64,000 nucleotides of DNA from an uncultured bacterium (GTDB taxonomy: Bacteria; UBA8481), in NCBI GenBank assembly GCA_964499705.1, contig CAZCME010000007.1:1-64000 (forward strand), written 5' to 3'. Position 1 is the first letter of the stretch. The number at the start of each line of letters is the position of its first letter. A program made the translations under genes and the position numbers. Under the pieces are notes generated by a model. It made no database searches. It was not told the DNA's origin and saw only the letters and a list, made by a program, of their open reading frames with translations. Shown in pieces: positions 58,075 to 64,000 of the stretch.

Positions 58075-59625
58075 TTATCGGCCCAGATATTTCCTCGCAT
58101 ATTCGTTCTCGGGTTCCAGAGCGACGACACGCGCGAACGCGTCTCGGGAGGCGAAGGCATTACCGAGCGCTCTCTCGGACAATCCCAGGAATAGCCATGC
58201 TTCGGCGTCACGCGGGGACTCCTCCGTCACGGCCGCATACATGTCGCGCGCCAGGTGAAATTCCTTCACGAGATAATGAATCGTCGCGAGGTTGTAGAGC
58301 GCCGTCACGTTCTTCGGATCGACGCGGAGCGCCTCGCGGTAGAGTTCCTGTTCGAGCGACGAGTAGCCCGCCGCGTTCGCGGCGCGCGCCTCTTCGAGAA
58401 TCCGCTCGATCGGCCGGACGGGTTTCATGCGTCGCGGGGCGAGTGGCTCGGGTGCCGGTGATGGGGGAAGCGAGGTCGCGGCCGGAGCGGGAGGCGCAGT
58501 CAACACGGCATCGGGATCTGTCGCCGGTTCGACAAGCGGCGGATTGGTCGGTGTCGAAGGTGAGGGCGTCGGCATCGGAGGCGCCGCAGATGCCGATGAC
58601 GCTTCCGTGTTCTTCACCGCTCGGCCGTTCATCCTGACTTCGACAGGAGGCAGCGAGGCGCGTTGCGGCGCCTGAGATTCCTCGCGGCGAACGCCGCCGA
58701 AGGCCCATTCCGCGGAGATCCGATGCGAATGCCCCAGTTCTCCGAACGGCACGAATGCATAATCGAGGGACAGGTCGCGGAGCCGGAATCCCGCGCCCGC
58801 CGTCAAGCCGCTGCCGGCTTCGTTTCGACCGTCGTATCCTATGCGGACGGCGAAAGCATCCGCGATCCTGTATTCCGCGCCCGCGCGGATCGCGATTTCC
58901 AGCCCGCGAGACCAGTCGATGTCCGCCGTCACGAGAAATCGCGGATCCGGACGATACGCCGCGCCCGCGACGAGCGTGACCGGAAGTTCCTCCTCATCCT
59001 GGTAGAACTTCACGCGCGACCCGATGTTCTGCAGCGCAACCGCGAGCGTCATGCCTTCGGGACCGGGCCGGAATTGCGCGGCAAGATCGACCGTGACGCC
59101 GGAAGCGGAGGCGTTGTCGATCTGGAGATTATACGCGGCGAGCGAAGCGCCGAGGCTGAGGCGCTCGCGGATCGCGCGGCCGTACGCGACGCGAAAGAGG
59201 TAATCATCAGCGCGCACGCTGCCTGCTCCGGTCTTGTTGACCGTCGTCGTCCGCGTGATCGAGCCGTAGTCGACGTAGGAGAATGACGCGCCGAGCCCGC
59301 CGGACTGGAAGGGCATGGAGAAGGCGACATCGCCCCGATTGATGTCGAGAATGTTGGCGTCGTATTGCGCGAAGGCGCGGTACCGGTCGTCGTCACCCGC
59401 GAGACCGGCGGGATTGTATCGAACCGCGAGCGGTCCGTCCGCGACCGCGATGTATGCGCCTCCCATCGCCGCCGGTGCGCCGCCGACCGTCCCTCGCAGA
59501 AGGGAATTCGCGGCCGTCGAGCCCGCCCGATCGCGAGCCGAAGCCGGAAACGCAGCGAGGCAGACGGACACAATGAGAAATGCGAATTGCGAAATGTGAA
59601 ATGTGAAATCGCCCATCTTCTTCAT
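58075..59625 (-). CDS. PorV/PorQ-like (UPF0164) beta-barrel fused to Pro-rich linker and TPRs
   Basis: AMGGAY.A.AD......YNPAGL, QNIG.......E.LP, RIGY....G.TAG.G, DYAFVPFGELGHSHRIS; C-terminal TPRs. Confidence 0.8.
   Translation of the reverse strand: MKKMGDFTFHISQFAFLIVSVCLAAFPASARDRAGSTAANSLLRGTVGGAPAAMGGAYIAVADGPLAVRYNPAGLAGDDDRYRAFAQYDANILDINRGDVAFSMPFQSGGLGASFSYVDYGSITRTTTVNKTGAGSVRADDYLFRVAYGRAIRERLSLGASLAAYNLQIDNASASGVTVDLAAQFRPGPEGMTLAVALQNIGSRVKFYQDEEELPVTLVAGAAYRPDPRFLVTADIDWSRGLEIAIRAGAEYRIADAFAVRIGYDGRNEAGSGLTAGAGFRLRDLSLDYAFVPFGELGHSHRISAEWAFGGVRREESQAPQRASLPPVEVRMNGRAVKNTEASSASAAPPMPTPSPSTPTNPPLVEPATDPDAVLTAPPAPAATSLPPSPAPEPLAPRRMKPVRPIERILEEARAANAAGYSSLEQELYREALRVDPKNVTALYNLATIHYLVKEFHLARDMYAAVTEESPRDAEAWLFLGLSERALGNAFASRDAFARVVALEPENEYARKYLGR
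59572..59606. repeat. degenerate heptamer array (AATGTGA family) x5 inside a signal-peptide coding region
   Basis: AATGAGA AATGCGA ATTGCGA AATGTGA AATGTGA. Confidence 0.75.
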
Positions 59626-60019
59626 CCGCGCCTCATCGAACCACCAGAAGTTTCCCCATCTTACGTTCGCCCGACGGTGTCGTCACGATGTATACATACA
59701 CGCCGCTCGCGACCTGTTATTCCCTCTCATCGACAAGCTTCTGACGTGCGGTTCGCGCGGAAATATTTCCTTGAAGAACCTCGTGACTTTCTGCTTGTCT
59801 ACGATAGGGCCGGAGCAATGCGAACATCCGTAAAGTTCCGACTTGTGAGTCGCGCCGATTTCACTGTCATCGGAATGAGAATGAATCGATGATTTAGTCC
59901 CTGGAGTGAGCGTTGAGTGTCTCACGCGTGAACGTGGACGTACTACTTTTATCGGGGCACGTGTGTATACCAGCACATAATATGAGTAATATTTCAAGGA
60001 GGCGGAAGAAAATGCTTTT

Positions 60020-60450
60020 TTATCCGTAATTGTGATTGTTCAATCGGAGGCATGCATAATTAAGTCCCGATCCAGTGACGTATACATCGCCAAATGCAGT
60101 CAGGTTGTTGCTCGGATTCGGAGCCAAGAAACCTGTTCCTACTCGAAAATTCACAGTATCAACTGCAATTGTCGATGAAACAAAAGTCACCTTACTCAGC
60201 ACGATCAGAATCTCTCCCGAAATTGCCGTTCCGATCCGCACTCTAGCCGCATGGATATAGTTCGTATTACCCGCAATGATCCAGTCTGTGTCTTGCATGG
60301 CGCTTGCCGCAAGGTTCGTCAATCCACTCCCGTCGCCGACAAACTTCGCTGCTTGGATCGCCCTTGCGCTAAGTTGCCGCTTTGGCTCCGCATACTTCGC
60401 GCAGAACGAATAAGGCGCCGCAACCACCGCTCCTCACTAAGAGTAATACA
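60020..60450 (-). pseudogene. remnant of a tail-fibre/adhesin-like surface protein
   Basis: APY...FVGDGSGLTNL...W...GN......VRIGT motifs; no signal peptide or good start; short and AT-rich. Confidence 0.45.
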
Positions 60451-60518
60451 GTCGACGTTAGAATTCGAATCCCCTAGCTTTCAGATTGGTTGCTCCGCGC
60501 GATTGCTCCCGCCCCGGA

Positions 60519-60734
60519 TCACTTAACCGCCAGCAATTTCCATGCAAGCTCGGCGCGGGATTGGACTTTCGATTTGCGGTAGATGTGCTTGACGTGCGTG
60601 CGTACGGTTTCGATGCCTATGGAAAGCTCGGTCGCGATGTTCTTATAACTCGTGCCCATCAGGAGCTTCTTCACGATCTCGCTTTCGCGATTCGTGTAGC
60701 CCTTCTTCAACTTCCCTGTCTTCGCGGCACGCAT
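60519..60734 (-). CDS. stand-alone LuxR-type HTH regulator (possibly truncated)
   Basis: T.RE.EI...L..G.S.K.IA.EL.I...TVRTHVK.IYRK..V.SRAEL. Confidence 0.75.
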   Translation of the reverse strand: MRAAKTGKLKKGYTNRESEIVKKLLMGTSYKNIATELSIGIETVRTHVKHIYRKSKVQSRAELAWKLLAVK

Positions 60735-60869
60735 CCATCCCTCGGGCCAGGCTCATCGGAAACGCAAATGCCTCGCCTCATCAAACTTGTGTAAATAGAA
60801 CATCGCGCGGCGGGGGTACCTAGTCCCATAAAGGGGGGATATTTAGCTCCGCCACCCCAAGAAATGCAC

Positions 60870-60977
60870 ACTATAAGTATCATTCGAGCGCCGTGATGAC
60901 TATATGTATCTTTTCTTTCCAAAGTAGAGGCCTGATATTACTGGCGTAATGACATATGCTACTTATAGTCTGTAGAC
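60870..60977. promoter_or_regulatory. C-box-like operator array
   Basis: TACTTATAGTC-TGTA-GAC at 60960-60977; reverse-oriented copies at 60870-60879 and 60898-60908. Confidence 0.7.
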
Positions 60978-61007
60978 GATTTTTCCCGCTCGCGAATACT
61001 TTTTTCC

Positions 61008-61256
61008 ATGAAAAAGAGGCCGTCGCAGCAGGAAATCCGGATCAGTCTCGGGAAGCGGGTCCGCTCTCTGCGTATGGAAAAAGGCTGGTCGCAGGAAGCC
61101 TTGGCCGAAGCCAGCGACCTCCACCGCACCTACGTCGGCGGCATCGAGCGCGGCGAACGGAACATCAGCCTCAGGAACATCGAAAAGCTCGCCGCATCCC
61201 TCGATGTCTCGATCCTGAACCTCTTCGAGGAGGAGAAGGACGCGGAGGGGGAGTAA
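61008..61256 (+). CDS. XRE-family HTH regulator of the restriction-modification controller (C protein) type
   Basis: SQEALA....LHRTYVGGIERGERNISLRNIEKLA; C-box upstream; no SD. Confidence 0.85.
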   Translation: MKKRPSQQEIRISLGKRVRSLRMEKGWSQEALAEASDLHRTYVGGIERGERNISLRNIEKLAASLDVSILNLFEEEKDAEGE

Positions 61257-61265
61257 GACAGGGTC

Positions 61266-62306
61266 CTACTCGAACATCTCCCATGCCAGAATCCGATCGG
61301 CCGGAATTTCAATCCGCGCGCGCATTCCAACCACGCGGGCCAGATCCGACGGCGCCAATCCCGTTCCCGGCCGCTTGATGGCGATGTGCTTTTCTTCGAT
61401 GATGGTTCCACGCGGAATTACGTTTGCCGCCACAAGGCTCCGCCTCGCCACGCGCGCGACGTCGGCTTCCGCGGCCGCCGGTTTCTTCTCGCCTGACCCT
61501 AGAGCAAGCTCGATATTCCGGATCCGCCGTACCATTTCCGCGAATTCCGCCGGCTCCAGGGACGCCGCGTGGTCAGGTCCCTTCATGGTCCTGTCGAGCG
61601 TCAGGTGCTTCTCGATGACGACGGCGCCCAGCGCCACCGCCGCGAGCACCGCGTCGATTCCCAGGGTGTGATCGCTGAAGCCGACCGGTAATTCCCATTC
61701 TTTTTTCATCGTCAGCATCGCCCGCAGATTGACGTCCTCCATGCAGGTCGGATAGCACGACGTGCATTGCAGCAGAACCAGGTCGCGCGTACCGGACGTC
61801 TTCAGGCAGGACACGGCTTCGCGCACTTCGGAAAGATCGGCCATGCCGGTCGAAAGGACAACCGGACGGTGCAACCGGCCGATCCGCGCCAGGAGCTGCG
61901 GATGCGTGATCTCGCCCGATGGAATCTTGATGAAGGGGACGCCGAGCCTGTCCAACGCGTCGACGCTCGCCAGATCAAAGGGCGAGGCCGTAAACGCTAT
62001 TCCCGTGAAGCGGCAGAAATCCGCAAGTTGTTGAAGCTCGCTTTCATCGAGCTCCCACTCCTTGATCATCTCCAGTTGCGGCCGCGTCCCGCAGTTCCGC
62101 GCCTGGTATTCCGCCTGTCCGGCCTCCGAGCTTGCCAGAAGTTCAGGTTGGAAGATCTGGAACTTCACCAGATCGGCGCCGCTTTTCTTCGCCGCCATAA
62201 CCAGTTCCTGCGCCAGCGCAAGCTCCCCGTTGTGATTGACGCCCGCTTCCGCGATGACAAATGTTCGGCACGGATCGATGACGCGGTTCCAGATCTCGCT
62301 CGTCAT
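61266..62306 (-). CDS. neuB: N-acetylneuraminate/nonulosonic acid synthase
   Basis: IAEAGVNHNG, VKFQ, KIPSGE, LSTGM, GFSDHT, IEKH.TLD..M.GPDH; C-terminal SAF/AFP-like domain. Confidence 0.93.
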   Translation of the reverse strand: MTSEIWNRVIDPCRTFVIAEAGVNHNGELALAQELVMAAKKSGADLVKFQIFQPELLASSEAGQAEYQARNCGTRPQLEMIKEWELDESELQQLADFCRFTGIAFTASPFDLASVDALDRLGVPFIKIPSGEITHPQLLARIGRLHRPVVLSTGMADLSEVREAVSCLKTSGTRDLVLLQCTSCYPTCMEDVNLRAMLTMKKEWELPVGFSDHTLGIDAVLAAVALGAVVIEKHLTLDRTMKGPDHAASLEPAEFAEMVRRIRNIELALGSGEKKPAAAEADVARVARRSLVAANVIPRGTIIEEKHIAIKRPGTGLAPSDLARVVGMRARIEIPADRILAWEMFE

Positions 62307-62965
62307 CCGATCAGCCCGTGCGCCCGGAAACTGAAGAACGTCTTCGGCGTGAGGATCACGTGATCGAGCACGGATATCCCGAGCAGTTCGCCCGCATCGC
62401 AGAGTTTCTTCGTGATCTTCCGGTCCCGGGCGCTGGGACGGGCTTCGCCGGAGGGATGATTATGCGCAAGAATGATTCCTGCGGCTCGATCCTTCAGGGG
62501 ATCGGCGAAGACTTCGCGCGGATGGATGGAGGTCGCGTTCAGGAGGCCGATCGTCACGACGCGGCACTCGATCACTTCTCCCGCGCCGTTCATGGAGACG
62601 CAGACGAGATACTCCTGCTGCTTCGATGCTATGAAGGAGATGTGCGGCAGGATGTCGGCGGGCTTCGCGATCTTCGCGCCGTTTGTCGGAAGTCGGCGGC
62701 GCGCCCATTCGCGGGCGGCCAGGATGAGACAGGCCTTGGCCGGTCCCAGCCCCTCGACGGACTGGAGCTCCTTCCAGGTCAGTTCGCCGCCCGAGGCTTC
62801 GACTTTCCTGCGGATGGCGTCGGCAAGTTTCATGACCGGAACCTTCGTGGTGCCCGAGCCGAGCAGCACGGCGATGAGCTCCGTGTCCGACAGGGATTCC
62901 GCACCCTTCCGGATGAGTTTCTCCCGCGGCCGGTCGATTTCAGGAATGCTCGCTATGCGGCGCAT
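62303..62965 (-). CDS. radC: RadC/JAB-domain protein
   Basis: RPREKL...G...LSD.EL, GLG.AKA, HPREVF, AHNHPSG...PS..D, LDHVI. Confidence 0.93.
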   Translation of the reverse strand: MRRIASIPEIDRPREKLIRKGAESLSDTELIAVLLGSGTTKVPVMKLADAIRRKVEASGGELTWKELQSVEGLGPAKACLILAAREWARRRLPTNGAKIAKPADILPHISFIASKQQEYLVCVSMNGAGEVIECRVVTIGLLNATSIHPREVFADPLKDRAAGIILAHNHPSGEARPSARDRKITKKLCDAGELLGISVLDHVILTPKTFFSFRAHGLIG

Positions 62966-63047
62966 CGGGTGTCAGGCTACCACATGGCCCCATGAAGCCG
63001 TGACAAAATTCGACACTCGATTGTTGTATGCCACAGCCTGACCCCGC

Positions 63048-63494
63048 CTATCTCAGCGGGTAGCCTTCTTCTTTCAGGGTCTCATTCACATCGCGGACCA
63101 TGGACACCCAGAGCGGAACGACGGAGGATGAATCGGCGGCGCCCTCCCAGTGGTATTCGCCGACGGTCCGGATGCCGCGGGTCAGGCGCGCGTTGATGCG
63201 GATCTCGTTCCCCTTGACCCAGTATTCTCCGACGAGGTTATGCCGGGCATCCTGCGCGGACGGCGCGGCAATGGCCTTCCGGCGCCACCCGTGCAGAAAA
63301 AACTCGGACATGGCCGAGGCCATCCATTCGTGCTTCTCCGTCCCCTTCCACATCCGAAACGGCTCGACGTACACCAGCATCTTCTCCTCGCGTGCCGGAT
63401 CCGGCGCCTGCATCTTCACCGCGCCGGGTGCGCGGCACGACGACAGGATCCCGGCCAGGATCACAAGAAGGGCGATGGCGAACGTCGGTTTCAT
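63048..63494 (-). CDS. hypothetical lipoprotein (TolB-N/FlgO-like fold possible)
   Basis: Lipobox LSSC; 'W....M.E...LVGEY...G..IRINARL'. Confidence 0.6.
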   Translation of the reverse strand: MKPTFAIALLVILAGILSSCRAPGAVKMQAPDPAREEKMLVYVEPFRMWKGTEKHEWMASAMSEFFLHGWRRKAIAAPSAQDARHNLVGEYWVKGNEIRINARLTRGIRTVGEYHWEGAADSSSVVPLWVSMVRDVNETLKEEGYPLR

Positions 63495-63529
63495 GGGGCA
63501 GAACACATTATCATAACGCGTGATGGACA

Positions 63530-64000
63530 TCACGCGTTTTTCAGGGCATCGGGGGGTGTTTTTCCACGGAATGCGGCCTCGATATTAAGGGCGCATCTCC
63601 CCGCCATCGCAGTCCTGCTCTCAGTTGTCGCCGATCCGAGATGAGGAGCCAGGACAACATTTTCCAGGTCGAAGAGCGCGGGATGGATGACCGGTTCCTT
63701 CTCGTAAACATCCAACCCGGCCGCGGCGATTCGTTTTTCCCGCAGCGCCTCGGCGAGCGCGGACTCGTCGATGACCGCGCCTCGGCCGGTGTTGACGAGA
63801 ATCGCTGACGATTTCATCAGACGGATCTTCTCCGCGGACAGAATTCCGGATGTCCCGGGATTTTTCGGGAGGTGAATCGAGAGGATATCGGAGCGGGATA
63901 GCAACGCGTCCAGATCGCATCGCGTCGCCTTCGTATCGCGCTCGAATTCGAGTTTCCTGTTCCGCGCGAAATAGAGAAGCGTCACTCCAAAGCCGAGGCC
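63530..64000 (-). CDS. D-isomer-specific 2-hydroxyacid dehydrogenase (glyoxylate reductase-like), 5'-truncated
   Basis: SDILSIHLP, LVNTGRG.VIDE.AL, AAGLDVYEKEP, PHLGSAT. Confidence 0.92.
   Translation of the reverse strand, partial: GLGFGVTLLYFARNRKLEFERDTKATRCDLDALLSRSDILSIHLPKNPGTSGILSAEKIRLMKSSAILVNTGRGAVIDESALAEALREKRIAAAGLDVYEKEPVIHPALFDLENVVLAPHLGSATTESRTAMAGRCALNIEAAFRGKTPPDALKNA

Noticed and set aside
59683-59997. 104-aa minus-strand ORF in the AT-rich islet
   Set aside because: No motif and atypical composition; cannot be supported as a gene.

Overview
GC-rich bacterial chromosome segment from a diderm organism, inferred from its secretin, beta-barrel and lipoprotein genes. It looks like a draft assembly, with one 10-N gap inside gspC. 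About 50 CDSs, mostly on the minus strand and dominated by cell-envelope functions. In order: a 5'-truncated S8 protease with a CFI-box-CTERM-like tail; a divergent pair of secreted proteins with T9SS-CTD/FlgD-like C-termini; a translationally coupled ~13 kb envelope cluster (TPR proteins, beta-barrel-TPR fusion, two long exported coiled-coil proteins each ending in a ComEA-type helix-hairpin-helix domain, lipoprotein, ankyrin protein); a surface-glycosylation cluster; a degenerate MshEN-GspE/PilB ATPase; mtnP-yggT-proC; wza-wzc-wzc-wzy; smc; a TIGR03960/TIGR03936 radical SAM fusion; a PduS/RnfC-like gene and amrB; a SurA/PpiD-like gene; T2SS gspC-D-E-F with a TPR-fused secretin, preceded by a PorV-like barrel-TPR gene; an AT-rich islet with an orphan restriction-modification controller (C) protein, C-box-like operators and a divergent LuxR HTH; neuB and radC. 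Non-coding signals include two MITE/REP-like inverted repeats, a heptamer repeat family, and -10 boxes 6-10 nt upstream of many start codons (leaderless-type architecture). The best candidate for an undescribed system is the TPR/coiled-coil/ComEA-HhH operon at 5.8-18.9 kb. I recognised no rRNA, tRNA, CRISPR array or transposase. All calls come from motif recognition by eye; no database searches were run.
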